Assembly (NCBI GenBank): GCA_043757205.1
Contig: JAYVPU010000226.1
Location: forward strand, 1 to 53,079
Direction of reading: 5' to 3'
Length of the DNA: 53,079 bases
DNA from: Comamonadaceae bacterium
GTDB lineage: Bacteria > Pseudomonadota > Gammaproteobacteria > Burkholderiales > Burkholderiaceae_C
The notes below the pieces were generated by a model. That model did no database searches. It was not told the DNA's origin and worked only from the letters and a program-made list of their open reading frames with translations. Position 1 is the stretch's first letter. Every line of letters starts with the position of its first letter. Positions 19,729-28,984 of the stretch are shown piece after piece. Both the position numbers and the translations under genes were made by a program.

Positions 19729-21321
19729 TTATCGTGGCTTGCTCATGTGCGGGTTTTTCACCCATCGTATCGGTTGCGCTTTGATCGGGCGCGCTGTCAC
19801 GCCGTGCTGCACCAGGGTGCGGTCCAGCGCCTGGCCCGCGTCGTCCGCCAGGGCGGCGCTGCGGGCGGCGGCGATGGCTTGGACGCGCTCATCCTGAGGG
19901 GCAAAGTTTTGAGCCGTGGCCAGCTGTTCCATGATGTGCAGCAGGTTGTCCTTGCCGCGCTCATTGGTGCTGCCATAGCCTTTGATCAGACGTCCACATT
20001 GGGCCAGCTCAAAGCCGCTCTGCCAGTGCGTGCGCGTGCCTGCGACGACGCTGGCGAGCCACTGGTCAATCAAGGTCTGTTCGGTGTGAAAGCGGCTGCC
20101 AAACGGGCGCAACCACTTGAAGCTGGCCAAGGTGCGCAAGGCCAGCATGCCCAACACCGAGTGGGTGCCGATCTTGAGCGGCAGCGCCCACGGGTCTTGG
20201 CCCCGGTTGATGCGGGCACGGTCCCACTGCGTTAAGCGTTGAGCAAGACCACGGGGCAGCAGCGCAGCGAACTCTGGCACGCCGGGTTTGAAATGGTCAT
20301 AGACCTGTAATAAATCGGCATCGCCCAGCTTCACCTCGCCCTTGACCCGCGCCCAGCGCTGCGCGCGGCTCTTCAGATCCGCCACCCGCACGATGTCGTC
20401 AAACGCCATCCACAGCGCCAGCCAGCGCGTCATCTCCAGCGTGATCGCATAGTGGTGGGCGTTAGCCGGGTCGGCCGCACGCTCGGCTTGCAGCACCTGT
20501 TGCAGACGGGTGATGTAGCGCGCCGCGTAGGCTGGGCCCTGGTAGTCCAACAAGCGCGCATGGCTCAGTGCCAGCATTTCATGCACTTGGGGCGGGAAAA
20601 TAAGTGCCAAATCTGGCTGCAGCCCTTTATTAACTAGCACAGGAAGCTCTTCATTTGATAGCAACTCGTGCACCTGTCGGGCTTGCGTGAGCTGGCCTTG
20701 CAGCACTTCAAACCCGCTGGCAAAGCCGCGCAGGCTGGCCTCGGTGCCTTTACCCCCAGCCCGGATGGTCGCTTCATACGCCGCACGCGGGAAGGGGAAC
20801 AAGCCGCAGCCCGCAATCGCCCCCAGCATCACCGCGCTGACGATGGTGCCGCTGCTGCGCGCCATCTCGCCCATGTCAAACACATGGTGCTCACGGCTGT
20901 GGGCGCGCACGATCTCCAGCAGCATGGCGCTGTCGGTGCGGCCATCGCTCATCTGCATGCGCTCTTGCGTGGTGAAGCTGCGGTTGCTGGCGCTGATGAC
21001 CCGCGTGCGGGTCGCCGCACTCATGCTGTTGCCGATCTGGCGCGTGGTCTCCAGCAGCTCGGACGAGACCAACGCGTCCAAATTGCCCGGCACCGGATAC
21101 AGGCTGAGCACCGGGCGCTTGCCACCCAGTTCGCTCAAGGGAATCGGAAACACCTCGACGTAATAGGTCGTGGCCCCGGTGCGCTGCGCCACGCCGGGGA
21201 TGGACGTGCTTTGCGCCGCAAAGCCGCAGGCCCGCGCCGTGTCCATCAGCCATTCGGACAAAACGCCGCAGCCTTCGCCGCCGAGGGCGCAGATTAAGAG
21301 GGTGATGGGGTGTTGGGTCAT
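19729..21321 (-). CDS. iorB: indolepyruvate (2-oxoacid) ferredoxin oxidoreductase subunit beta
   Basis: N-terminus ITLLICALGGEGCGVLSEWL... is a POR gamma-like domain. The gene overlaps iorA by 4 nt, the typical paired arrangement. Confidence 0.82.
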   Translation of the reverse strand: MTQHPITLLICALGGEGCGVLSEWLMDTARACGFAAQSTSIPGVAQRTGATTYYVEVFPIPLSELGGKRPVLSLYPVPGNLDALVSSELLETTRQIGNSMSAATRTRVISASNRSFTTQERMQMSDGRTDSAMLLEIVRAHSREHHVFDMGEMARSSGTIVSAVMLGAIAGCGLFPFPRAAYEATIRAGGKGTEASLRGFASGFEVLQGQLTQARQVHELLSNEELPVLVNKGLQPDLALIFPPQVHEMLALSHARLLDYQGPAYAARYITRLQQVLQAERAADPANAHHYAITLEMTRWLALWMAFDDIVRVADLKSRAQRWARVKGEVKLGDADLLQVYDHFKPGVPEFAALLPRGLAQRLTQWDRARINRGQDPWALPLKIGTHSVLGMLALRTLASFKWLRPFGSRFHTEQTLIDQWLASVVAGTRTHWQSGFELAQCGRLIKGYGSTNERGKDNLLHIMEQLATAQNFAPQDERVQAIAAARSAALADDAGQALDRTLVQHGVTARPIKAQPIRWVKNPHMSKPR

Positions 21322-23480
21322 GACTGCATCCCCCGCACCAAGGCCCCGCGCAGCCCCGCCAGCAAACGCTCATGCCAGCGCGGGTTTTGAATAATTTCAG
21401 CCCGGTAGAACGACGGGCACAGCGTGGCGGCGTGGGCGTTTTCGCCGCACAGGCCGCAGCCGACGCAGCCGTCGATGACGGTGGCCACCGGGTCCACCTT
21501 GAGCGGGTCGGGGTTGTCTTTGAGGGTGAGCGTGGGGCAGCCAGACAGGCGGATGCAGGCGTGGTCGCCGGTGCACACGTCTTCGTCCACGCCGTACTTC
21601 ACGCGCACCACGCGCTTGCCTTTCTTCAGCAGACCTGCCAGCCAGGGCTTGATGCGGCGCTGGCGCTCTAGCTGGCACTCGCCTTCGGCAATGATGACTT
21701 TGAGGCCCATGAACTCGGTGGTGAAGGCCTCGTTCAGGGTCTTGCGCATCGCCTCCACTTTGTAGCTGTGCACGGTGCGCAGCCAGGTCACGCCCAGGCC
21801 TTGCAAGGTGGCCTCGATGGTGGTGTTGGTGCTGGTCAGGCTTTGCAGTTTGTCGGTGGCCACCAGCTTGGCATCCTGGCTTGGGGTGGAGATGATGTCT
21901 TGCGTGCCAGTGGCGGCGGAGTAGCCGTTCTTGAAAATCAACAACACCGCGTCGTCGTGGTTGAACAGAGCCGATTGCACGCCCGTCAGCAGCCCGTTGT
22001 GCCAAAAGCCACCGTCACCCATGATGGACAGGGTTCGCCGCGCCATCAGGGGCGAGACCCCGGCGCGGCTGGCCAGGCTCATGCCGTAGCCCAGGATGGA
22101 GTGGCCGGATGAGAAGGGCTCGAACGTGGCCAGCGCGTGGCAGCCAATGTCGGCCGCAATGTGCACCGGCCCGACGTCTTGCTGGGCCAGCTTCAAGGCC
22201 GAGAACACCGGGCGCTCCGGACAGCCGATGCAAAAGCCCGGCGGGCGGTTGGGTAGTGCGGCCACACCTTTGTCTTGCAGGTGCTGGCTCACAGCGGTAC
22301 GGCGCTCGGCATTGCCCGCCAGCCAGGCGCGGGCGGATGACACGCCCACGTCGCTTGCGTGTTGTTGCAAGAAGGCCAGCAGACCGGCAGTGAGCGTCTC
22401 CACGTTGTACTCGCCGCCGCTGGGCAGCAGGTCTTTGCCGTGCAACCGGGTGTTGATGTCGCGCCGCCTCAGAAAGCTGGCGATTTCATGTTCGATGTAT
22501 TCGGGCTGGCCTTCTTCCACCACCAGCACGGCGCGTTTGCCCAGGGCAAATTCAGCCACCTGCTCGGGCACCAGTGGGTAGGTGACGTTGAGCACCAGCA
22601 GGGGGATCTCACTCGCGCCAAACGCATCGGCCAGGCCAAACTGTTGCAGCGCACGAATCAGCGCGTTGTAGATGCCGCCTTGCACGATCAGGCCCAGCTC
22701 TTGGCGCGGGCCATCCATCAGCTCATTGAGTTTGTGCTCCACGATGTACTGGCGCGCGGCAGGCAGGCGCTGCTCCACTTTCAGCTTCTCTTGGCGAAAA
22801 GTCACGGGCGGGTGCGCCAGCTTCATGTAGTCAAAGCGGGCGGGCTCGGCCATCAGTGCGCGGGTCGAGATGGCGGGCGGAGCGTTGTCCTTGCACTCAA
22901 AGCTGCCGCGCACATGGCAGGCGCGGATGCGCAGCACCATCATGGCGGGCATGTTGGACGCCTCGGACAGGCGAAAGCCGTGTTCCACCATGGCCACCAT
23001 CTGGCTCAGCTCCGGGCGCGGATCCAGCAGCGCCATGCAAGACTTGAGGGCGTAGGCGTGGCTGCGCTCCTGGATCACGCTGGCGCCTTCGCCGTAGTCC
23101 TCGCCCACCACAATCAGCACGCCGCCGGTGACGCCGGGCGAGGCCAGATTGCTTAAAGCATCGGCAGCCACATTGGTGCCGACGATGGACTTCCACGTGA
23201 CCGCGCCGCGCAACGGGTAGTGGATGGACGCGCCCAACATGGCGGCCGCCGACGCCTCATTCGCGCAGGCCTCCACATGCACGCCGAGTTCGTCCATATA
23301 GGGCTTGGCCTGCACCATCACGTCCAAGAGGTGCGACACCGGCGCGCCCTGGTAGCCGCCCACATAGGCCACGCCCGATTGCAACAGCGCCTTGGTGATG
23401 GCCAAAATGCCCTCGCCGTGAAAGGTGTCGCCCGCGCCCAGGCGCAGGGATTTGATCTCTTGGGTGAATGAAACTTCCAC
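21318..23480 (-). CDS. iorA: indolepyruvate ferredoxin oxidoreductase subunit alpha (TPP-dependent, with 4Fe-4S domain)
   Basis: 720 aa with pyrimidine- and TPP-binding domains (IMGDGGFWHNG) and a C-terminal ferredoxin-type Cys cluster (CVGCGLCGE). Confidence 0.88.
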   Translation of the reverse strand: MEVSFTQEIKSLRLGAGDTFHGEGILAITKALLQSGVAYVGGYQGAPVSHLLDVMVQAKPYMDELGVHVEACANEASAAAMLGASIHYPLRGAVTWKSIVGTNVAADALSNLASPGVTGGVLIVVGEDYGEGASVIQERSHAYALKSCMALLDPRPELSQMVAMVEHGFRLSEASNMPAMMVLRIRACHVRGSFECKDNAPPAISTRALMAEPARFDYMKLAHPPVTFRQEKLKVEQRLPAARQYIVEHKLNELMDGPRQELGLIVQGGIYNALIRALQQFGLADAFGASEIPLLVLNVTYPLVPEQVAEFALGKRAVLVVEEGQPEYIEHEIASFLRRRDINTRLHGKDLLPSGGEYNVETLTAGLLAFLQQHASDVGVSSARAWLAGNAERRTAVSQHLQDKGVAALPNRPPGFCIGCPERPVFSALKLAQQDVGPVHIAADIGCHALATFEPFSSGHSILGYGMSLASRAGVSPLMARRTLSIMGDGGFWHNGLLTGVQSALFNHDDAVLLIFKNGYSAATGTQDIISTPSQDAKLVATDKLQSLTSTNTTIEATLQGLGVTWLRTVHSYKVEAMRKTLNEAFTTEFMGLKVIIAEGECQLERQRRIKPWLAGLLKKGKRVVRVKYGVDEDVCTGDHACIRLSGCPTLTLKDNPDPLKVDPVATVIDGCVGCGLCGENAHAATLCPSFYRAEIIQNPRWHERLLAGLRGALVRGMQS

Positions 23481-23592
23481 GGGGACTCCTCTTTGTCACT
23501 AGACCGCGACTATAAGGGTACTAACTTTGGCTCGTTTCCGGGAATTTACACAGGCGACAGCTAAGCCGCTGTAGCGGTCATTTCAAGCTATT

Positions 23593-23620
23593 TGGCGCAG
23601 AGGGGGGATTCGAACCCACG
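23593..23620 (-). other. tRNA 3'-end-like fragment (T-arm plus acceptor 3' strand), not a complete tRNA
   Basis: The minus strand reads CGTGGGTTCGAATCCCCCCTCTGCGCCA, which is a GGTTCGAATCC T-loop consensus, an acceptor-like strand and a GCCA end. No matching 5' acceptor, D-arm or anticodon arm can be folded, and the LysR coding sequence begins 12 nt away. Confidence 0.5.
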
Positions 23621-23631
23621 CTAGCTTGCCG

Positions 23632-24540
23632 TTAGATCCGCTGCTGTAGCCACCTCTTTGATTCCGTGAGGAGGTGCTCCTGAAACACCTTGGCAATCGG
23701 CGAGAGCTTTCTACCTATAGGATGCACAACGTGCCATTGGGAGTTAATTGGAAAACCGCTCACATTGAGTACGGTGACCGCAGCGTCGGACGAGTTGGCG
23801 TAGAGCGCATGGCGCGAGACAACGGCAATACCAAGGCCTCCAGCAACAGCTTCCCTGATCGCTTCATTGCTCCCTAATTCCAGACGAAGTTGCGGTTTGA
23901 ATTTTTGACGTTTGAAAAATGTGTCTATGGCCATGCGCGTTCCGGATCCCAACTCACGCAGAATGAAACGCTGAGGACTCAATTCGGCGAGCTCGATGTG
24001 TTGGCGGCTGGCCATGGGGTGTGCATTGGCAGCTATCACCACCAGGGGGTTGGGCATGAAGACCTGATCGGCTAACTCGATATCGGTGGGTGGCATGGAC
24101 ATGATGCATAGGTCGTCCAAGTTTTCGCGCAGCCGTTGCAGGACGCCATCTCGGTTGAGCACTTCGAGTGCGATTTCGATCTCAGGGTAGATGGCGCAAA
24201 AGGAGCCGAGCAAGCGTGGCACAAAGTATTTGGCCGTGCTGACGACAGCTACTTTCAATTTGCCACGCTTGAGCCCTTTGGTTTCGTCTACCTTTTGTTC
24301 GAATGCATCCCATTCATTGGCGATGTTGCGTGCTGAACGCGCCAATTCCTGGCCAGCGTCAGTCAGGTGCACGCGCCTGGCAATGACTTCATAGAGCGGC
24401 AAGCCCACTGCGTTAGACACCGCTCGAAGCTGCATGGATGCCGTGGGCTGGCTGACGTGCGTGACACGGGCTGCGCCGCCGACACTGCCTGTTTCGGCCA
24501 GCGCAAGAAAGAGTCGCAGTTGACGGAAAGTGATATTCAT
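23632..24540 (-). CDS. LysR family transcriptional regulator (CbbR/CmpR-like)
   Basis: MNITFRQLRLFLALAETGSVGGAARVTHVSQPTASMQLR HTH region with a LysR substrate-binding domain. Divergent from the transporter gene. Confidence 0.9.
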   Translation of the reverse strand: MNITFRQLRLFLALAETGSVGGAARVTHVSQPTASMQLRAVSNAVGLPLYEVIARRVHLTDAGQELARSARNIANEWDAFEQKVDETKGLKRGKLKVAVVSTAKYFVPRLLGSFCAIYPEIEIALEVLNRDGVLQRLRENLDDLCIMSMPPTDIELADQVFMPNPLVVIAANAHPMASRQHIELAELSPQRFILRELGSGTRMAIDTFFKRQKFKPQLRLELGSNEAIREAVAGGLGIAVVSRHALYANSSDAAVTVLNVSGFPINSQWHVVHPIGRKLSPIAKVFQEHLLTESKRWLQQRI

Positions 24541-24576
24541 AGTGTTTTATCTATATGAAAGCATCAAACAATGGAT

Positions 24577-24605
24577 TTTACTTTACCTCACTATTTCCAT
24601 AGCAT
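24577..24605 (+). promoter_or_regulatory. candidate sigma70 promoter for the sbtA-like gene
   Basis: TTTACT (24577-24582), 17-nt spacer, TAGCAT (24600-24605). AAGGA Shine-Dalgarno at about 24614, before the ATG at 24626. Lies inside the LysR-divergent intergenic region. Confidence 0.3.
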
Positions 24606-24625
24606 CGAAGTCAAGGACAACTTCT

Positions 24626-25642
24626 ATGCAAAATCTTCTCGATCCAGCCATTCTTTTCTTCATTTTTGGTGCCCTTGCTGGCGCTCTGAAATCAAACCTG
24701 GAGATCCCGCAGCCGATCTCCCGATTCCTGTCGCTGTATCTGCTGATGGCCCTGGGTCTGAAAGGCGGATTTGCGCTCGCCCATTCCGGGTTTACGAGTC
24801 AGGTTGCAACGAGTCTCGGGTGCGCCCTTTTACTTGCCGTGGTGGTGCCTTTGTTTGGGTACGGCTTGTTGCGGCGTTTTTTGTCAGGCTTTGATGCGGC
24901 TGCGGTGGCTGCAACCTACGGATCCGTCAGTGCGGTGACCTTCGTGACTGCGGTCCAGACACTCGAAAACCAGCAGGTAGTGTTTGGCGGATACATGTCC
25001 GCTGCGATGGCCATCATGGAATCCCCTGCCATTATTTTTGCTGTCTTGTTAGCCAACGCATTGCGGCGCAAACAGGCTGCGCCTTTCGCCGTGATTTCCG
25101 GCGGAGGTGCTGCAGTGCTTGCGATAGGCCCACAGACAGGACGGTCAGGGAGCCCGCTTGGGAAAATCCTTCATGAATCACTGACTGACGGCGCACAACT
25201 GCTACTTTTGGGCGCTATGGTCATAGGCATGCTGAGTGGTGACACGGGCAAGGTTGCCATGCAGCCGTTCTCGGGAGATCTCTTCAAGGGGATGCTGGCG
25301 TTCTTCCTTCTTGACATGGGGTTGCTAACCGCGCGCAGTTTGCCGCAGCTACGTGACAAGTCCCTATGGCTCATTGCCTATGCAGTGGTGGGGCCCCTGA
25401 CACATGCGGCTCTGGCCTTGGGCTTAGCCTGGTTGTTTGAGATACCGGCAGGTGATGCAACACTATTGATGGTGTTGGCCTCCAGTGCGTCCTACATCGC
25501 AGTGCCTGCCGTGTTGCGGTATGCGATTCCAGAGGCGAGCCCCTCGCTGTATTTTGGGTTGTCACTGGGCATCACATTTCCTTTGAACCTCATTTTCGGT
25601 ATTCCGTTGTACACGTACGCCGCCCAGCGGGCGCTGGGTTGA
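24626..25642 (+). CDS. SbtA-like sodium-dependent bicarbonate transport family permease (DUF897/Sbt_1)
   Basis: MQNLLDPAILFFIFGALAGALKSNLEIPQPISRFLSLYLLMALGLKGG is the characteristic N-terminus of this permease family. Polytopic with internal two-fold repeat. The track ORF start at 24530 is over-extended. Confidence 0.75.
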   Translation: MQNLLDPAILFFIFGALAGALKSNLEIPQPISRFLSLYLLMALGLKGGFALAHSGFTSQVATSLGCALLLAVVVPLFGYGLLRRFLSGFDAAAVAATYGSVSAVTFVTAVQTLENQQVVFGGYMSAAMAIMESPAIIFAVLLANALRRKQAAPFAVISGGGAAVLAIGPQTGRSGSPLGKILHESLTDGAQLLLLGAMVIGMLSGDTGKVAMQPFSGDLFKGMLAFFLLDMGLLTARSLPQLRDKSLWLIAYAVVGPLTHAALALGLAWLFEIPAGDATLLMVLASSASYIAVPAVLRYAIPEASPSLYFGLSLGITFPLNLIFGIPLYTYAAQRALG

Positions 25643-25699
25643 TAAAGCAACATCTACTCTGTAAATTTCGATTGTGGTTCTCCGTACGGCATCGTTGCA

Positions 25700-25727
25700 C
25701 TGGATTCCCTCCTGCGCGGGAATGACG
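25700..25727. repeat. REP-like palindromic element (ATTCCC-N8-GGGAAT type), copy 1
   Basis: ctggATTCCCtcctgcgcGGGAATgacg. The palindrome arms are 25704-25709 and 25718-25723. Confidence 0.7.
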
Positions 25728-25802
25728 CAAGTAAATCCGACATTGCCACTGTCGCCGTCTTTCTCGGTATAGCTTCCCCTTCACGGTATTGCTGTCCCTT
25801 CC

Positions 25803-25838
25803 CGTCATTCCCGTGTTCCCGCGCAGGCGAGAATCCAG
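25803..25838. repeat. REP-like palindromic element, copy 2 (inverted orientation, 8-nt insertion)
   Basis: The reverse complement, ctggattctcgcctgcgcgggaACACGGGAatgacg, aligns to copy 1 with 2 substitutions and one 8-nt duplication. Confidence 0.7.
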
Positions 25839-25917
25839 TTCCCTACAATCCCGGCTTCAACAGGAATACAGCGTCAAGAGTGTTTGGAACTTTCCTACCA
25901 CCTCAACGGAGCGCCCC

Positions 25918-26106
25918 ATGGACTCAAATACAGTTTGTTTATTGAACCTGCAAACCATGCTCGATACCCTGTCACCGCGCCGTCTGGATATGCTGCGTCA
26001 TGTGCGTCAGCACGGGGCCGGGAATGTGCGCGAACTGGCGCAAGCTCTCCGCGCCCTGGGACGAATTGCAGACCAACGTGTCCTTGATGGCCGCGTGAAC
26101 GATTGA
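25918..26106 (+). pseudogene. remnant of a winged-HTH (MarR-like antitoxin-type) DNA-binding protein gene
   Basis: The 62-aa ORF MDSNTV...LSPRRLDMLRHVRQHGAGNVRELAQALR resembles the central HTH part of small regulators. Normal N- and C-terminal portions are missing. The upstream part of track ORF 25789.. is only a read-through of the REP element. Confidence 0.3.
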
Positions 26107-26126
26107 ATTAACTGAAAGACAAAACG

Positions 26127-26702
26127 ATGAGCATCAAAAGCGACAAATGGATACGCCGCATGGCGGAGCAGCACGGCATGATCGAGCCCTTTGAGCCGGG
26201 CCAGGTGCGTCAGGCCGCCGACGGTAAAAAAATCGTCAGCTACGGCACCAGCAGCTATGGCTACGACATCCGCTGCGCGCCCGAGTTCAAGGTGTTCACC
26301 AACATCCACAGCACGGTTGTGGACCCGAAGAACTTTGATGAAAAAAGCTTTGTCGATTTCAACGAAGACGTCTGCATCATCCCGCCCAACAGTTTCGCGC
26401 TGGCCCGCACGATGGAGTACTTCCGCATTCCGCGCAATGTGCTCACCATCTGCCTGGGCAAAAGCACCTACGCGCGCTGCGGCATCATCGTCAACGTGAC
26501 GCCGTTTGAGCCCGAGTGGGAAGGTTATGTGACGCTGGAGTTCTCCAACACCACGCCGCTGCCCGCCAAAATTTACGCCGGTGAGGGTTGCGCCCAGGTG
26601 CTGTTTTTTGAGAGCGATGCGGATGACGTGTGTGAGGTCAGCTACAAAGACCGGGGTGGCAAGTACCAAGGCCAGCGCGGTGTGACGCTGCCCAAGGCAT
26701 GA
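26127..26702 (+). CDS. dcd: dCTP deaminase
   Basis: [23 protein letters not shown]...SSYGYDIR...[11 protein letters not shown]...[18 protein letters not shown] shows full-length Dcd similarity. Confidence 0.95.
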   Translation: MSIKSDKWIRRMAEQHGMIEPFEPGQVRQAADGKKIVSYGTSSYGYDIRCAPEFKVFTNIHSTVVDPKNFDEKSFVDFNEDVCIIPPNSFALARTMEYFRIPRNVLTICLGKSTYARCGIIVNVTPFEPEWEGYVTLEFSNTTPLPAKIYAGEGCAQVLFFESDADDVCEVSYKDRGGKYQGQRGVTLPKA

Positions 26703-26715
26703 TGAAAGTACCCCG

Positions 26716-27681
26716 ATGATTTACCGACTACTTTGCGCTGTATTCAGTTTCTTGCTTCTGGGTCAGGCCACTGCGCAAACTGACGCTTTCCCCAATCGCC
26801 CCATCAAGCTGATGGTGGGTTTTGCCCCCGGTGGCAGCTCCGACACAGTGGCGCGCATCATGGTGCCGCGCTTGTCGGAACTGCTCAAGCAAAGCGTGGT
26901 GGTGGACAACAAGCCGGGCGCGGGGGGCAACATTGCCTCCGACGCGCTCATCAAGGCCCCGGCCGATGGCTACACCATCATGCTGGGCACCATCGGCTCG
27001 CTGGCGGTGAATCAGCACTTGTCTAAGTTGGCCTACAACCCGGTGACGGACATGGCGGCGCTGTCGCTGGCGGTCACGTTCACCAATGTGCTGGTGGTCA
27101 ACGCCAACAGCCCCATTCGCGGCTTTGACGACTACCTGCGTCAAAGCCGCCTGCCTGCCAGCAACGTGGCGTTTGGCTCCTCTGGCATTGGCGGCAGCGG
27201 GCATTTGGCAGGCGAGTTGCTCAACGTGGCTGCGGGGCTGAAGAACCAGCACGTCGCTTACCGGGGTGGCGCACCGGCCATGAATGATCTGCTGGGTGGC
27301 GTGTTGCCTTCCATCTTCTCCAGCCCGACCGATGCGCTGCAACACATCCAGGCCGGCAAGCTGCGTGCACTGGCCACCACGGGCCCCAAGCGGCTTGATG
27401 CCCTGCCTCAGGTGCCCACGATTGCCGAGTCCGGCTACCCCGGTTTTGACGCCAGCAACTGGTACGCCTTCACCGCCCCGCTGCGCACGCCGCCCGAGGT
27501 GGTGCAGCGCTTGAACGCAGCCCTCGTGGCGGCTTTGAACGACCCCGGCGTGGTGGCGCAACTGCGCAAGCTCGGGCTGGATCCGGCACCCAGCAGCCCG
27601 CAGGAGGCGGCGCAATATATTCGCAAAGAGAGCGACAAATGGGGCGCGCTGGTGCGCAGGGTCGGCATCAAAAGTGAATGA
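26716..27681 (+). CDS. Bug/TctC family substrate-binding protein
   Basis: Signal peptide. FPNRPIKLMVGFAPGGSSDTVARIM and AYRGGAPAMNDLLGGVL. Confidence 0.9.
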   Translation: MIYRLLCAVFSFLLLGQATAQTDAFPNRPIKLMVGFAPGGSSDTVARIMVPRLSELLKQSVVVDNKPGAGGNIASDALIKAPADGYTIMLGTIGSLAVNQHLSKLAYNPVTDMAALSLAVTFTNVLVVNANSPIRGFDDYLRQSRLPASNVAFGSSGIGGSGHLAGELLNVAAGLKNQHVAYRGGAPAMNDLLGGVLPSIFSSPTDALQHIQAGKLRALATTGPKRLDALPQVPTIAESGYPGFDASNWYAFTAPLRTPPEVVQRLNAALVAALNDPGVVAQLRKLGLDPAPSSPQEAAQYIRKESDKWGALVRRVGIKSE

Positions 27682-27697
27682 AACAACAGAGGCCAAG

Positions 27698-28984
27698 ATG
27701 AGCTCAACCATTGCAGAAAAAATACTCGCCCACAAAGCGGGCAAAGGTCACGTCAAACCCGGTGACATCGTCATCGCCAAGGTCGATTTCGCCATGGTGC
27801 ACGACGCGCGCGCGCCCAACGCCATCCGCATGGTGGACAAGATGGGTGCGACCCAATTGCCCTTCGCCAGCAAGACGGCCTGGGTGCTGGACCATTACTC
27901 GCCTCCGCCCAACCTGGAGGCCGCGCAAACCCATACCGCCATGCGCCAGTTTGCCGACGATCACGGCAGCCCGCTCTACGACATTGGCGACGGCATTTGC
28001 CACCAGGTGCTGCCCGTGGGCGGCCACCTGACCAGTGGTGACCTGGTGGTGGGCACCGACACGCACAGCACCACCTACGGCGCGTTCAACGCCTTTGGCA
28101 CCGGCATTGAAGGCTCGGACGTGAGCGCGGTCATGGCCACCGGCAAGGTGTGGCTGCGCGTGCCCGAGTCGGTGCGCGTGCAGCTCAATGGCCGCTTGCA
28201 ACCCGGCGTGTGGGCCAAAGATTTGACGCTGCACATGCTGGGCCGCTTTGGGGCCGAGGGGCTGAACTACCGTGCCATTGAGTACGTGGGCTCGGCCGTG
28301 GCCGCCATGGAAATTGACGACCGCATGACCCTGTCCAACCACGCCGCTGAGCTGGGGGCCAAGGCCGCGCTGCTGGAGGCGGACGACAAAACCATTGCCT
28401 GGCTGGCCGCGCATGGGGCCAAAGTCCCCAAGCCGGTGTTTGCCGACGCCGATGCGGTGTACGCGGAGTGCATCGTGATCGACGCGTCCGCACTCGCCCC
28501 CCAAGTGGCGCGCCGCCATGCGGTGGACGACATCGTGGCCGCACACGAGGTGGTTGGGCAAAAGATCAACTTTGCCTTGATTGGCACCTGCACCAACGGG
28601 CGGCTCGACGACATCCGCCAAGCGGCGGCCATCCTCAAAGGCAAGCGCCTGGCCAAGGGCGTGCGCATGATCATCACGCCCGCCTCGCGCCAGATTTACC
28701 TGGCCGCTCTGCGTGAGGGTTTGTTTGAAATCTTGACTGAAGCCGGGGCCTCGGTGGAGGCCGCAGGCTGCGGTACCTGCGTGGGCATTACCAACCACCT
28801 GATCCCGGGCGACCGCGAGGTGGTGATCTCCAGCGCCAACCGCAATTTCAAAGGCCGCCTTGGCAACCACGACGCTGAAATTTGGTTGGGTTCAGCGGCC
28901 ACGGTGGCCGCTTCGGCCTTGACCGGCATCATTACTGATCCGCGCACGGTGGTGGGCGGGCAATGGGAGGCTTCACATGCTTAA
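27698..28984 (+). CDS. aconitase-family hydro-lyase large subunit (LeuC/HacA/DmdA-like)
   Basis: MSSTIAEKILAHKAG..., VGTDTHSTTYGAFNAFGTG, and the Fe-S ligand region IGTCTNGRLDD...GCGTCVG...SSANRNFKGR. An alternative start lies at 27674. Confidence 0.85.
   Translation: MSSTIAEKILAHKAGKGHVKPGDIVIAKVDFAMVHDARAPNAIRMVDKMGATQLPFASKTAWVLDHYSPPPNLEAAQTHTAMRQFADDHGSPLYDIGDGICHQVLPVGGHLTSGDLVVGTDTHSTTYGAFNAFGTGIEGSDVSAVMATGKVWLRVPESVRVQLNGRLQPGVWAKDLTLHMLGRFGAEGLNYRAIEYVGSAVAAMEIDDRMTLSNHAAELGAKAALLEADDKTIAWLAAHGAKVPKPVFADADAVYAECIVIDASALAPQVARRHAVDDIVAAHEVVGQKINFALIGTCTNGRLDDIRQAAAILKGKRLAKGVRMIITPASRQIYLAALREGLFEILTEAGASVEAAGCGTCVGITNHLIPGDREVVISSANRNFKGRLGNHDAEIWLGSAATVAASALTGIITDPRTVVGGQWEASHA

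Noticed and set aside
23593-23680. Possible complete tRNA gene on the minus strand
   Set aside because: Only the T-arm and 3' acceptor strand are recognisable, and the T-stem has a mismatch. The sequence where the anticodon arm, D-arm and 5' acceptor should be is the C-terminal coding region of the LysR gene and cannot be folded into a cloverleaf. It is kept only as a fragment or att-scar candidate.
25789-25917. N-terminal 43 codons of track ORF 25789..26106
   Set aside because: This part (MLSLPVIPVFPRRRESSS...) is a translation of the REP-like palindrome, a known source of spurious peptides. Only the portion from 25918 has HTH-like character, and even that looks truncated.
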